A stretch of DNA of 64,000 bases from Planctomycetaceae bacterium (GTDB lineage: Bacteria > Planctomycetota > Phycisphaerae > Phycisphaerales > SM1A02). Made by a program: the position numbers and the translations under genes. The stretch is taken from contig NYWD01000037.1 in the NCBI GenBank assembly GCA_002684855.1, positions 1,671 to 65,670 of the forward strand. The letters run 5' to 3'. This document shows, piece after piece, positions 1 to 9,131 of the stretch. The stretch's first letter is position 1, and each line of letters opens with the position of its first letter. Under the pieces are notes generated by a model. The model had not been told where the DNA came from and ran no database searches. It saw only the letters and a list, made by a program, of their open reading frames with translations.

Positions 1-729
1 TCGGACCTCCTCGGCCGCGATCACCTCGTCACCGAAGGTCGTGAGCCCGACGAAGGTCCCCGCGTAGTCGGCGAGGAAGTATTCGCCCGCGCCCATCGAC
101 GGCGGATTCGGGCGCAGCAGCGAACCGGCGAAGACCCAGGTCGGGAGCGCCCGCTCACGGGCGTCCTCGATCATCGATCCGAGTGCCACCTCGCTCGCCT
201 CCGGTCCGTCCGGCCCCGAGGGTCCGAATCGGACCTCGATCTCGACTCGCGGACCACGCGGGGGGATCGGCGAGCTCGTCGCCTCGTCCCATGCCGCCGG
301 CGCGCCCGGCTCGAGGCCGGCGAGGAGCAGTGCGGCGTGAACCACGGATGGAACCGCATCGGTCACGACGATCGATTCGTGCTCCCGGGTGGATCGACGA
401 CACACCGCGACTTCCAGCCAACCGGTCTCGAGGGTGATCTCGCCCGGGAACTCGACCCGTCCGGCATCGACCCAGGCCCGGACTCCACCGTCGAGATCGA
501 TGATCCTGGGGTCCGACGTCGCCTCGGGCGACGACGCGTCGGGCATCGTCGCGTCGGAGATCGGGGCCGGCATCCCGTGATGAACGCCCTCGACCGTCGT
601 CGGATCCGTCGGCGACGAACCGGCCGCGGGGGCCGCGTGTCCACCGGCGTCGGCCATCGTCGGGAGGGAACTCCGATGCGGCTCGCCACAGGCGACGAGC
701 GAATGCAGGATGCCGAGGATCATGACCAT
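1..729 (-). CDS. YdjY-domain lipoprotein, 3' end cut by the window edge
   Basis: My own minus-strand translation; the ORF has no stop in the window, so it is absent from the ORF track. It reads MVMILGILHSLVAC (lipobox) ... LETGWLEVAVCRRSTREHESIVVTDAVPSVVHAALLLAGLEPG ... PTWVFAGS. Third codon positions are G/C-rich and the frame stays open to nt 1. Confidence 0.7.
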   Translation of the reverse strand, partial: MVMILGILHSLVACGEPHRSSLPTMADAGGHAAPAAGSSPTDPTTVEGVHHGMPAPISDATMPDASSPEATSDPRIIDLDGGVRAWVDAGRVEFPGEITLETGWLEVAVCRRSTREHESIVVTDAVPSVVHAALLLAGLEPGAPAAWDEATSSPIPPRGPRVEIEVRFGPSGPDGPEASEVALGSMIEDARERALPTWVFAGSLLRPNPPSMGAGEYFLADYAGTFVGLTTFGDEVIAAEEVR

Positions 730-1253
730 GAGGACCCGCGGCGGACCCGCGGCGTCGATCGAACCCGCGGCCCCGGTGCCGCCGTCGGTCCTCGAGCGGG
801 ATCCTGCACGGATCCTGGAGATGCGGACGTTCGAGGATTTCAAGGGAGAGCGGCTCCAGCGACTCGAGGGATCGACGAGGCATCACCCCGTCCAGTGACC
901 CGACCAGTCCGTCCATCGGTGCCGATGCGGCGATCGGCCGAGAAAAAAAGGCCCGGCTGAGGCAAGCCTCGAACCGAGCCCTTCCGGGGGCGAAATTGGG
1001 TCGCGGTCGAATCCAAACGACTCGGACGAGCGACATCGGAATGCTAGCATGCATCGGTCCGTTGGCAACGCATCGCCTCCCGTAAACCGGAATTTTCCGC
1101 CTTCCAGCCCATGCGGCGTCGGTCAGGCGCCTCCCGAAACTACCCATCTTCACAATCAGCCGCGTCTCGGACCAACCCCGATCCGGATTCCCCGCGACGT
1201 CCGTCACGGGCGGCCCGCGGGACCGAACGCGAGCCTCGGAAGCAACCGCCGCC

Positions 1254-2048
1254 GTGGTCACACTCAACCGAACCATCCGCTTCTCCCTGACCCGAACGAT
1301 CCCCCCGGAGGTCGCGATCGCGTCGTCGCGGGGCAACACCCATGCGGGCTGGCCGTCGATGGACCTCGTGGCGGGCTCGTCCTGGGAGGCCACCGTCGAG
1401 GTCCGGGGGACACCCGATCCACGCACCGGATACCTCGTGGGCATCGACAAGCTCGATGCCGCGGTCCGCGAACGGGCCCTTCCGGTGCTGCTCGAGACGC
1501 ATCAACGACGCGATCTGTCCGCGATCGAGGTCGCTCGCACCATCCTCGACCAGGCCAGCGGCGGCGACGGACCGACCTTCGACGCGATCGAGGTCGGGAT
1601 GGAACGCGACACCCGCTGGCGGGTAGATTCAGGAGACATGTCCATGGTTCTCGTTCAACGACGCTACGAATTCTCGGCCTCGCATCGGCTGCACCTCGCC
1701 GAACTCGATGACGAGGCGAACGCCGCGATGTTCGGCAAGTGCAGCAATCCCCACGGGCACGGCCACAACTACGAGGTCGAGGTCCAGGTCCGGACCGACG
1801 GGGATGCGCCGGTCTCGATCCTCGCCCTCGACCAGGTGGTGGACGCGGTGGTGATCGACCGGTTCGACCACAAGCACCTCAACCTCGATCTCGACGACTT
1901 CAAGAGCCGGGTTCCGAGCGTGGAGAACATCGCGGCCCGCTGCGTCGACCTGCTCCGGGATCCGGTGGCCGCCCTCGCACCCGGCTGCGGGCTTCACGGC
2001 GTGAAGGTCTGGGAGACCCCGCGCACTGCCTGTACAGTGCTGGCCTGA
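1254..2048 (+). CDS. QueD/PTPS-family protein (6-carboxy- or 6-pyruvoyl-tetrahydropterin synthase) with a tandem T-fold
   Basis: The C-terminal half is canonical: YEFSASHRLH...CSNPHGHGHNYEVEVQV...DHKHLNLD. The N-terminal half (RFSLTR...WEATVEVRG.DPRTGYLVGIDKLD) looks PTPS-like but lacks the His ligands. GTG start at 1254. An internal AGGAG followed by ATG at 1638/1644 could also give a stand-alone QueD. Confidence 0.8.
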   Translation: MVTLNRTIRFSLTRTIPPEVAIASSRGNTHAGWPSMDLVAGSSWEATVEVRGTPDPRTGYLVGIDKLDAAVRERALPVLLETHQRRDLSAIEVARTILDQASGGDGPTFDAIEVGMERDTRWRVDSGDMSMVLVQRRYEFSASHRLHLAELDDEANAAMFGKCSNPHGHGHNYEVEVQVRTDGDAPVSILALDQVVDAVVIDRFDHKHLNLDLDDFKSRVPSVENIAARCVDLLRDPVAALAPGCGLHGVKVWETPRTACTVLA

Positions 2049-2077
2049 ACACCCCTCCCCCCCTTCGGGAACTCCGC

Positions 2078-3259
2078 ATGAAGATTCGACCGATCGTGCT
2101 CGCCGCCCTGCTCTCCACCGTTCTCCCGGCCCTTCCAGCCGGTGCGGAGGACTGGGACGGGTTGAGGTCGGATTACACCCAGCTTCGAGAGTACATGTCG
2201 TCCAAGCGGCGGATCGGACCGTCCGAGCGCACCGCCCTCGAAGGACTCCTCGAACGACTCGACGGATTCATCGCGGAAAATCCCGACGACCGTCGTGCCC
2301 TCGCGATGGACATCAGCGTGTCCACGTGGCTCGGACGCACCGAGCGGGTCGAGCGCGACTACGAACTGCTCGCGCAGCTCACCGATTCGGATGCCGTCTG
2401 GGTCGCCTGGGCGAAGATGAAACTCGCCGAGAACAAGTATGACGAGGCCGGCAGCATGGCCAGAAGCCGGCCCTACGATCTCGCCGAGACCCCGGAGATC
2501 GCGATCATCAACGCGCGATCCATGATGTCGCGGAACGACTTTCAGGCGGCGATCGACGCGATCGACGCGATCCCCGAGGAGGGACTCGCGAAGCCGGGCA
2601 TCCGGGCGCAGGCGACCCGGTACCGCAGCGAGAGCGAGCGATGGCTCGCGTCCTGGGAGGACGAGGCGGCCGCCCGAGCGGTCGAGGACGCGGCTGGAAC
2701 CGCCCCCGTGATGCAGCTGATCACCAGTCGCGGCCCGGTCACGATCATGCTGTTCGAGGAACAGGCCCCGAACACCGTCGCGAATTTCATCGAACTCGCC
2801 GAACAGGGCTTCTACGGCGGGACGCGCTTCCATCGGGTCGAACCGAACTTCGTGGTCCAGGGCGGGGATCCGAACTCCCGTCCCGGGACGGCGGGCCAAC
2901 CCGGAACCGGCGGTCGAGGCGCCCAGATCCCCGATGAGGCGAATCGGGACGACAAGCGTCTGCACTTCGCCGGCGCGGTGGCGATGGCCAAGGCACCGAA
3001 CCCGAATCTGCCGGGCGCCTCCATCCCGAACACCGCGAGTTCGCAGTTCTACGTGGTGCTCGAGCCGCGCGAGTCGCTGAACAAGGAATACACGGTCTTC
3101 GGCCGCGTGATCGACGGCATGGAGGTCCTGCAACGCATCCGCCGGGACGACGAACTCACCGCCGTCACCACCATCTCCCGCCCCGACCGCGAGTACAAGG
3201 CGACCACGATGCTTCCTTCCAGCGTCCCGCCCGCCGGAACCAAGATCGACCTTCCGTAG
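2078..3259 (+). CDS. secreted peptidyl-prolyl cis-trans isomerase (cyclophilin type) with an N-terminal helical-repeat domain
   Basis: ATG at 2078 gives the signal peptide MKIRPIVLAALLSTVLPALPAGA. Cyclophilin motifs are present: VANFIELAEQGFYGGTRFHRVEPNFVVQGGDP and SQFYVVL. The Arg-rich upstream part of the ORF overlaps the queD-like gene and is probably not translated. Confidence 0.85.
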   Translation: MKIRPIVLAALLSTVLPALPAGAEDWDGLRSDYTQLREYMSSKRRIGPSERTALEGLLERLDGFIAENPDDRRALAMDISVSTWLGRTERVERDYELLAQLTDSDAVWVAWAKMKLAENKYDEAGSMARSRPYDLAETPEIAIINARSMMSRNDFQAAIDAIDAIPEEGLAKPGIRAQATRYRSESERWLASWEDEAAARAVEDAAGTAPVMQLITSRGPVTIMLFEEQAPNTVANFIELAEQGFYGGTRFHRVEPNFVVQGGDPNSRPGTAGQPGTGGRGAQIPDEANRDDKRLHFAGAVAMAKAPNPNLPGASIPNTASSQFYVVLEPRESLNKEYTVFGRVIDGMEVLQRIRRDDELTAVTTISRPDREYKATTMLPSSVPPAGTKIDLP

Positions 3260-3445
3260 ATCGGGGCCGCCAGCGGACCGCGGGTGCGATCATCGCGACC
3301 CGGCGACGTGCACGTCCTTCCCGGGGGCGGATGGAGCTCCTTCTCCGGAACCCCGGGGCGTCGACGTCGCGGGATGATCCCGTTCGAGGACGAGCGACCG
3401 GTCATGACGTACCGAGGTCGCCGCGGTGGCCCCGGAGCGAGCGGG

Positions 3446-3470
3446 CCGGTCCGGTCCGGTCCGGTGCGGT
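3446..3470. repeat. pentanucleotide microsatellite (CCGGT)x4 plus one imperfect unit
   Basis: Read directly: ccggt ccggt ccggt ccggt gcggt. It lies in the convergent intergenic region between the cyclophilin gene and the ACT gene. Confidence 0.6.
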
Positions 3471-3491
3471 CGGTCGCGGAGGGCGGCGGAC

Positions 3492-3959
3492 TCAGGTGAG
3501 ATCGGCTTCGCCCAGCAGGCTGAAACCCTTTCGGAGCAGGATCTGCCCCGCGAAGGTGTGATCGTCGACCGCGATCGCCATCGCCGGCGGCCCGTCGCCG
3601 GTCCGGTTGATGGGGTAGGTGAAGGCGATGTTCACTTCGGCCGCGAGCAGGAAGCGAAGGGCCTCCCGGAGCGAACCGTCGGCCACCAGCTCGAACACCA
3701 GGATGTCCAGTTCGGAGAACGTGAAGTCATTCTGTCGCAGGGCGAACCGGGCGCCGTCGGCGTTGTCGCAGACGAGTCGGACCACGGCGTGGTCGCTTGA
3801 ATCGAGCACGCAGGTCGCCCTGACGTGGACGTCCGGCGCCGCCTCGAGCATCTCGAGGAGTTCCAGCATCTTGCCGACCCGGTTGTCGAGGAAGACGCTG
3901 AACTGTCGGACGGAGGGCGGAACATAGCCACGCTCGGTCTCGGGCATCGGGAGGGACAT
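3492..3959 (-). CDS. ACT-domain (tandem) regulatory protein
   Basis: 155 aa with two ACT-like beta-alpha-beta-beta-alpha-beta units (SVFLDNRVGKMLELLEMLEAA...; AIAVDDHTFAGQILLRKGF). Codon bias looks coding-like. Confidence 0.6.
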   Translation of the reverse strand: MSLPMPETERGYVPPSVRQFSVFLDNRVGKMLELLEMLEAAPDVHVRATCVLDSSDHAVVRLVCDNADGARFALRQNDFTFSELDILVFELVADGSLREALRFLLAAEVNIAFTYPINRTGDGPPAMAIAVDDHTFAGQILLRKGFSLLGEADLT

Positions 3960-4043
3960 GGGCGTTCCGTTCGAGGCGAGACGGTTCGAAGCGAGGGGTC
4001 GCGGGGCCGGACGCGAGCGACCGGACCGCGGAAGTATACCGAG

Positions 4044-4958
4044 TCAGCCGCCGGTCGCCGTCGCATCGCCTCTGACGAACTCGATCGAATCGACGGGCGG
4101 CACCAGCCCCGCCTCGGTCGCTTCCTCGAACAGCCGGCGCACCGCCAGGAGCCCGCGAACGCCCGCATCCACCGTCAGCCGGTTCACGTAGAGCTCGATG
4201 AAACGATCCGCGGTGGCATGATCGATCCCGCGACCGAATCCCATCGCGTACTCGACCGAGCGGGTCCAGTGCTCGAGGGCGTGGGCGATGCTCCGTTCGA
4301 GCAGGCCGGCGATCTCCTCCAGCGTGCCGACGCCGTACGCGGTCTCGAGATCGCGGCGAACGACGTTCAGGCCGAGCGGGAGCGGGCCGCCGGTCCGTCG
4401 GCCCCACCAGTCGCCGAGGTCCTCGAGGAGATGCAGACCGTCGTCGGCGAAGGTCAGCTGCCCCTCGTGGATGACGACGCCCGCGTCGACCTCGCCGGCG
4501 AGCACGCGGTCGCCGACCTCCTCGAACGGGACCTCGACCTGTTCGTGATCGATGCCCCGCATTCTCAGTCCGAGGGTCAGCGCCGCGGTGGTGCGGCGAC
4601 CGGGAGTCGCGATCCGCGGCCGAGCCGCGGCGAACCGCTCCCAGGACAGGTCGGTGGCCGCCACCAGTTTCGGTCCGTAACCCTCGCCCATGGACGACCC
4701 GCAGGCCGTGATCGCGTACCGGTCCGCGACGCGCGGGAACTGGCCGCAGCTCAGGGCCGTGATCTCCAACAGGTCGGTGTCGGCCTCGGCGCGTCGGTTC
4801 GCCGCCTCGATGTCGATCTCGACCTGTTCGAAACGGAATCTCGACGAGGGGATCGCCGGCGGCTCGCCGTCGATTCCGAAGAGCGGCCACCACATGAAGG
4901 CGTCGTCGGGATCCGGGCTGTGACCCAGGCGAAGGACGATGGGGTTCGAGTTCGACAT
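4044..4958 (-). CDS. MqnA/MqnD-family menaquinone (futalosine pathway) protein, probably 1,4-dihydroxy-6-naphthoate synthase
   Basis: The internal ATG at 4958 gives MSNSNPIVLRLGHSPDPDDAFMWWPLF..., the SPDxDDAFMF signature of the MqnD/COG2107-type family. The upstream part of the ORF is junk-like. Confidence 0.7.
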   Translation of the reverse strand: MSNSNPIVLRLGHSPDPDDAFMWWPLFGIDGEPPAIPSSRFRFEQVEIDIEAANRRAEADTDLLEITALSCGQFPRVADRYAITACGSSMGEGYGPKLVAATDLSWERFAAARPRIATPGRRTTAALTLGLRMRGIDHEQVEVPFEEVGDRVLAGEVDAGVVIHEGQLTFADDGLHLLEDLGDWWGRRTGGPLPLGLNVVRRDLETAYGVGTLEEIAGLLERSIAHALEHWTRSVEYAMGFGRGIDHATADRFIELYVNRLTVDAGVRGLLAVRRLFEEATEAGLVPPVDSIEFVRGDATATGG

Positions 4959-4965
4959 CGCGTTG

Positions 4966-4971
4966 ATGCTA
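4966..4971 (-). promoter_or_regulatory. -10-like hexamer TAGCAT, 7 nt upstream of the mqnD-like ATG (possible leaderless mRNA)
   Basis: Minus strand reads TAGCAT-caacgcg-ATG. No Shine-Dalgarno is possible in that spacing. Confidence 0.3.
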
Positions 4972-5070
4972 GCACCCCGGACCGCCTCGTCGCCGATCGC
5001 GACGACGCATCTCCCGCGACCTCGGATTCCCGCCCCGGCGGGACCGGGAGCCCGTTCCGGTTCCAGCGGT

Positions 5071-5910
5071 TCAGCAGCCCCAGAGGGACAGGAAGATCCC
5101 GAGATCGGCACCGTCGGTCACGCCGTCGCCGTTCAGGTCCTCCGGACAGCCGTCGCAATCACCCCACGCGGCGAGCAGGAAGCCGAGGTCCCCGCCGTCG
5201 ACGCAGCCGTCGCCGTTGAAGTCCCCCTCCGTCTCGCTGGTCTCGAGCGTCCCGATCAGGCTGGTGTTCGAGAGATTGACCTCCGCGAGGATCGTGACGT
5301 TGTTGACGCCGATCGGGAGGTCCTTCGGATCGAGACCGAAGGAGAAGGGCTGCAGGATCAGGTTGTCCATCAGGACCTCGTCCCCCTTGAGGGGAAGGAC
5401 GTCGGTTCCGAAGCTGTAGAAGTCGGGAACCACGTTGGAGCCCTCGATGTTCACGAGGTCGCCCGAGACGCTGTAGTTGAAGGAGGAGACGAAGGGCGAA
5501 TCGGGGAAGAACACCGTGTCGCCGTCGAAGACCCCGGCGACCCCACCCGCGTCGAGCTGGATGATGAAGTCGGAGACCGTGATGTCGAGCGTCTGGCATC
5601 CGAAGATCGGGAGGCAGAAGAGGTCGTAACTCACCGTGCCCTCGCCGAGATCGAACACCAGCTCCGGGACCTCCATCGCCAGGAACGGCGGAATCGACGG
5701 ATCGAAGTTGGCTCGCACGAATCCGGTGACCTGCTGGGTGGTCGAGTCGACGTCCGAGCTGGTGCCGATCGACGTCTCGATGGTGAGCGTCAGGGTGAGG
5801 TCCGCGGTCGAACCCTCGACGACGATGAATTCGGCGGAACTCTGGCCCACCGCCGCCGATCCGAGGAGGAGCGACGGCAGGACCACGGTGACGAGCGAGG
5901 CTGACTTCAT
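5071..5910 (-). CDS. secreted protein with a C-terminal dockerin-like double repeat
   Basis: ATG at 5910 gives the signal peptide MKSASLVTVVLPSLLLGSAAVGQS. The protein is Ser/Thr/Asn-rich and probably a beta-protein. The C-terminus reads DFNGDGCVDGGDLGFLLAAWGDCDGCPEDLNGDGVTDGADLGIFLSLWGC. Confidence 0.75.
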   Translation of the reverse strand: MKSASLVTVVLPSLLLGSAAVGQSSAEFIVVEGSTADLTLTLTIETSIGTSSDVDSTTQQVTGFVRANFDPSIPPFLAMEVPELVFDLGEGTVSYDLFCLPIFGCQTLDITVSDFIIQLDAGGVAGVFDGDTVFFPDSPFVSSFNYSVSGDLVNIEGSNVVPDFYSFGTDVLPLKGDEVLMDNLILQPFSFGLDPKDLPIGVNNVTILAEVNLSNTSLIGTLETSETEGDFNGDGCVDGGDLGFLLAAWGDCDGCPEDLNGDGVTDGADLGIFLSLWGC

Positions 5911-6048
5911 GTCTTGGACTCCGATGCGAAGGGCTGGTGGAGGGGAGCGGCACCACCAAACTAGCCGCTCGAAGCGGAAATCCAATCCGCGACCCGGGAA
6001 CTTCCTTCGAAAACCGGGTCTGCGGCGTGGGCGGGACCCTCGAATCGT

Positions 6049-6717
6049 TCAGAAACGAGGTTGACCGCCGTCGAGGAATGGATTGCCGGACCGCTCGCGT
6101 CCCACGGTGGTCTCGCCGCCATGCCCGGGAAGCACGCGGGTGTCGTCGTCGAGCTCGAGGATGCGGACCAGGGATCTTCGCATCGCCTCGGGGTCCGAGG
6201 TCGGAAAGTCGATCCGACCGATCGAACCCGCGAACAGCGTGTCCCCCGCGATCAGGGTCCGCGTCGGTTCATGCAGGAATCCGCAAGAGCCGGGACTGTG
6301 CCCGGGGAGATGGAGGATCCGCCACGCAGGCCCGAGCGGGCACGGGTCACCCTCCGCGAAGATCTCGTCGGGCGGCGTCGCGGTGGCCGGAGCGCCGAGG
6401 AACGCCGAGAGGTTGAGCATGGGTTCGCCGTTCCAGTCCGCTTCCGCGGCGTGGCAGCGGATCGGCATCGGGCCGAATCGGGTCAGCGCCTCGTCGATGC
6501 CGGCGATGTGATCATGGTGACAGTGCGTGAGCACGATTCCCGCTGGACGGCGGCCCGAAGCCTCCACCGCCTCCAGCAGCGAGGTCGGACGCTGTCCGCA
6601 GTCGACGATCCAGCATCGTCCGGGATCGTCGTCGTCGGCGACCACGAACCCGTTGGTCTGGTAGTCCCCCAGCGGGAGGATCGAAAGGATCGGATCCGTC
6701 GGAGTCTGTTCGGTCAT
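6049..6717 (-). CDS. MBL-fold metallo-hydrolase (glyoxalase II-like)
   Basis: ATG at 6717 (MTEQTPTDP...). Carries the THCHHDH motif and later HLPGHSPGS and GDTLFAGSIGRID. Only the 3' 222 codons of the 615-aa ORF look genuine. Confidence 0.85.
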   Translation of the reverse strand: MTEQTPTDPILSILPLGDYQTNGFVVADDDDPGRCWIVDCGQRPTSLLEAVEASGRRPAGIVLTHCHHDHIAGIDEALTRFGPMPIRCHAAEADWNGEPMLNLSAFLGAPATATPPDEIFAEGDPCPLGPAWRILHLPGHSPGSCGFLHEPTRTLIAGDTLFAGSIGRIDFPTSDPEAMRRSLVRILELDDDTRVLPGHGGETTVGRERSGNPFLDGGQPRF

Positions 6718-6724
6718 GGGCACT

Positions 6725-6730
6725 ACAGTA
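6725..6730 (-). promoter_or_regulatory. -10-like hexamer TACTGT, 7 nt upstream of the MBL hydrolase ATG
   Basis: Minus strand reads TACTGT-agtgccc-ATG. Confidence 0.25.
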
Positions 6731-6783
6731 CGGTAAGTGGCGATCCGAATCGCCCCCCGACCCCCGCACCGGAGCTCGCCGGC

Positions 6784-7152
6784 ATGATCCGCACCAGAAT
6801 CGATTCCTCCGAGACCACCCCGGTCGATCTCGACGGCGTCCGGGACGTCGCGATGCGCGTCCTGCTCGGTGCCGCGGAGGACGTGCCCCACTTCTCGATG
6901 CGTCACTTCGTCGTGCAACCGGGCGGGCACACGCCGAAGCACGCCCACGACTACGAGCACCAGGTGATCGTGCTCGCGGGCGACGGCGAGGCCGACCACG
7001 GCGGCGAGACCGTGTCGTTCCGACCCGGAGACGTGATGTACGTCGAAGCGGATCAGACCCACCAGTTCCGCAACACCGGTTCCGAGCCGGTCGAGTTCAT
7101 CTGCCTCGTCCCCCGGACTCGGAACGGCGGCGGCGTGGTGCCGGGCTCGTGA
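6784..7152 (+). CDS. cupin-domain protein
   Basis: ATG at 6784. Cupin motifs GGHTPKHAHDYEHQVIVLAG and PGDVMYVEADQTHQFRNTG. Confidence 0.8.
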   Translation: MIRTRIDSSETTPVDLDGVRDVAMRVLLGAAEDVPHFSMRHFVVQPGGHTPKHAHDYEHQVIVLAGDGEADHGGETVSFRPGDVMYVEADQTHQFRNTGSEPVEFICLVPRTRNGGGVVPGS

Positions 7153-8093
7153 CCCCGCCACTCCACACGACGATGCGTCCCGGTCTTCCGTGGTTCGCCC
7201 TGGCGATCTTCGTCGCGACCCTGCTGGGGTCGATCGCGTTCCGCCGCCCCGATGCGCCGTGGTCCGCACCCGTGCTCGCGGGTTGCGTCGCGGGCGGGAT
7301 CGTCTCGTTGCTCGCGATCGGAATCGCGACGCTCCTCGCAGGCCGGGCCGCCACGACGGATGAGACCAACACCCCGATCCTCGAACGGATCGAGGAGCAT
7401 TCGATGCTTTCCGACCAGGCCAAGCGCCTGGTCTACCGCGACCGGGAACTCGAACTTCTTCGAATGCTGGTGGAACAGGACATCGCCGCGGGCGAGTTCG
7501 ACGCTGCGTTGCGGATGGTCGACGAACTCGGGAACCAGTTCGGGCGGCGCGAGGAGGCCGAGGCCCTGCGGAGCCGCATCGACGCCAGTCGGCGCGAGGA
7601 CGTCGATCGGCGGATCGGCGAGGGGACCCGGCACATCGCCCGACTCCTCGCGGCCGGGGACTGGGACGCCGCCGCCACCGTCCAGCATCGACTCGAGCGG
7701 CTGTTTCCGGAGGCCCCCGCGATCGCGAGCCTTCCGGAGCAGATCCTCGCAGCACGGCTCCGCCACGCCGCCGAGGTCGAGACGCGGATGCGGGACGCCC
7801 ACGCGACCGGCCGGATCGACGATGCGATGGCGCTGCTCCGCGATCTCGACCGGCATCTCGTCGGACGCGAGAGCACCCGGGTGCTCGACGTCGCACAGCC
7901 CATCGTCGCGGCCCATCGGGAGCGGTGCGGCGTCCGGTTCCGGGACGCGATCAACGCACGCGATTGGAGCACCGCGGTCGAACTCGGCGAACGTCTCGTC
8001 GAGGAGTATCCGAACACCCGGATGGCGGAAGAGGCGTCGGAACTCCTCGCCGGGCTCCGAAGCCGGGCGGATCGCGTTCAGGACCGCTCCTGA
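7149..8093 (+). CDS. membrane protein, two TM helices plus a helical cytoplasmic domain (hypothetical)
   Basis: The GTG start overlaps the cupin stop (GTGA). TM segments LPWFALAIFVATLLGSIAF and VLAGCVAGGIVSLLAIGIATLL. Codon usage looks coding-like. I recognise no family. Confidence 0.6.
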   Translation: MTPPLHTTMRPGLPWFALAIFVATLLGSIAFRRPDAPWSAPVLAGCVAGGIVSLLAIGIATLLAGRAATTDETNTPILERIEEHSMLSDQAKRLVYRDRELELLRMLVEQDIAAGEFDAALRMVDELGNQFGRREEAEALRSRIDASRREDVDRRIGEGTRHIARLLAAGDWDAAATVQHRLERLFPEAPAIASLPEQILAARLRHAAEVETRMRDAHATGRIDDAMALLRDLDRHLVGRESTRVLDVAQPIVAAHRERCGVRFRDAINARDWSTAVELGERLVEEYPNTRMAEEASELLAGLRSRADRVQDRS

Positions 8094-8130
8094 GCCTCGT
8101 GCGAATCGCGAACGGACGTATACTCCGCCG

Positions 8131-9021
8131 GTGCTCCCCCGACGCCGAATCGAATCCCGGTCGAAGGTCGTGCAACGACCCTTCCCGCTGCTCGCCGCCA
8201 TCTGGCTGGCGACCGGTGTCCTCGGCTGCGACGCGTTGAACGAGGACCTCAACGACTTCACCGAGAAGTTCTCGCCGCCGAGCCCCTTCCAGGCGGCGGT
8301 GTGGGCCTCGGATTTCAACGACCCCGGACTCCAGCGGAAGGGCGTGATCCTGCTGTCCAACGCGCCGTTCGGCGGCGATCGGACCTACGTGGACCTCTAT
8401 CGCGTCCTCGCGACCGAGAGTCCCGATCCGCTGGTCCGATCCTCCGGCATCCGCGCCCTCGGCCGATGGGGATCGCCCGATGACGCGGGCCCGATCGCGG
8501 ATCAGCTCGCCAACGACTACCGGCAGGTCCGGCTGGAGGCCGCGATCGCGCTGCAGCGGCTCCACGCTCCCGCCGTCGAGGACCGGATCTGGCGTCGCCT
8601 CATCGACGAGGACGAGGACGAGTCGATCCGGATCGAACTGGCGATCGCCCTCGGGCAGTACCCGACCGATTCAGCCTTCCAGGCGCTGGCCCTCGCCCTC
8701 GAGGATCGAAGTCTCGCGCTCAATCTCGCGGCGGCCGACAGCCTCCGGATCCTGACCGGTCGAGACTTCGGGGTCGACGCCCCCGCATGGCTCTCCTGGT
8801 ACGACTCCACGAAGTCGGCCTTCGCCGACGTCGAGATCTTCCTGTACCCAACCTTCGAACGCCGGGTCACCTTCCTCGAGCGACTCGCGTTCTGGGCGCC
8901 GGTCGAGTTCGAGAAGCCCGGCGTGCCCCGCGGACTCGACGAGGGCGGCGAGGAGACCTACGGACAGGCCTCGAACGACGCCGCGATCCGGACCTACGAG
9001 AACGTCGGCGAAGGTCCTTGA
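8131..9021 (+). CDS. HEAT-repeat lipoprotein
   Basis: Lipobox LATGVLGC. HEAT-like repeats (PLVRSSGIRALGRWG, RLEAAIALQRL, IRIELAIALGQ, LNLAAADSLRIL). The start is uncertain: GTG at 8131 or 8170. The upstream part of the 589-aa ORF overlaps the previous gene. Confidence 0.65.
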   Translation: MLPRRRIESRSKVVQRPFPLLAAIWLATGVLGCDALNEDLNDFTEKFSPPSPFQAAVWASDFNDPGLQRKGVILLSNAPFGGDRTYVDLYRVLATESPDPLVRSSGIRALGRWGSPDDAGPIADQLANDYRQVRLEAAIALQRLHAPAVEDRIWRRLIDEDEDESIRIELAIALGQYPTDSAFQALALALEDRSLALNLAAADSLRILTGRDFGVDAPAWLSWYDSTKSAFADVEIFLYPTFERRVTFLERLAFWAPVEFEKPGVPRGLDEGGEETYGQASNDAAIRTYENVGEGP

Positions 9022-9131
9022 CCGAACGCGAATCCCACCACGAGCATCCGGTCGGCGACGAGGGGCCCCGGCCTCGCGTGGTCGGAGACGCCGGCCTTTC
9101 GCCCGACGATCCGGTGAACCCGATCCTCACG

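Noticed and set aside
930-960. An A7 tract (T7 on the minus strand) flanked by GC-rich segments, which looks like an intrinsic terminator.
   Set aside because: The flanking inverted repeat is only about 4 bp and imperfect. No upstream gene on the minus strand would need terminating there.
1115-1145. A preQ1-riboswitch-like element (GGCG...CGCC stem followed by CCCGAAACUACCC) upstream of the QueD-like gene.
   Set aside because: There is only a 4-bp stem and a partial AAACUA tail. It lies more than 100 nt from the start codon, and I cannot reproduce the conserved loop residues. This needs a covariance-model search before any claim.
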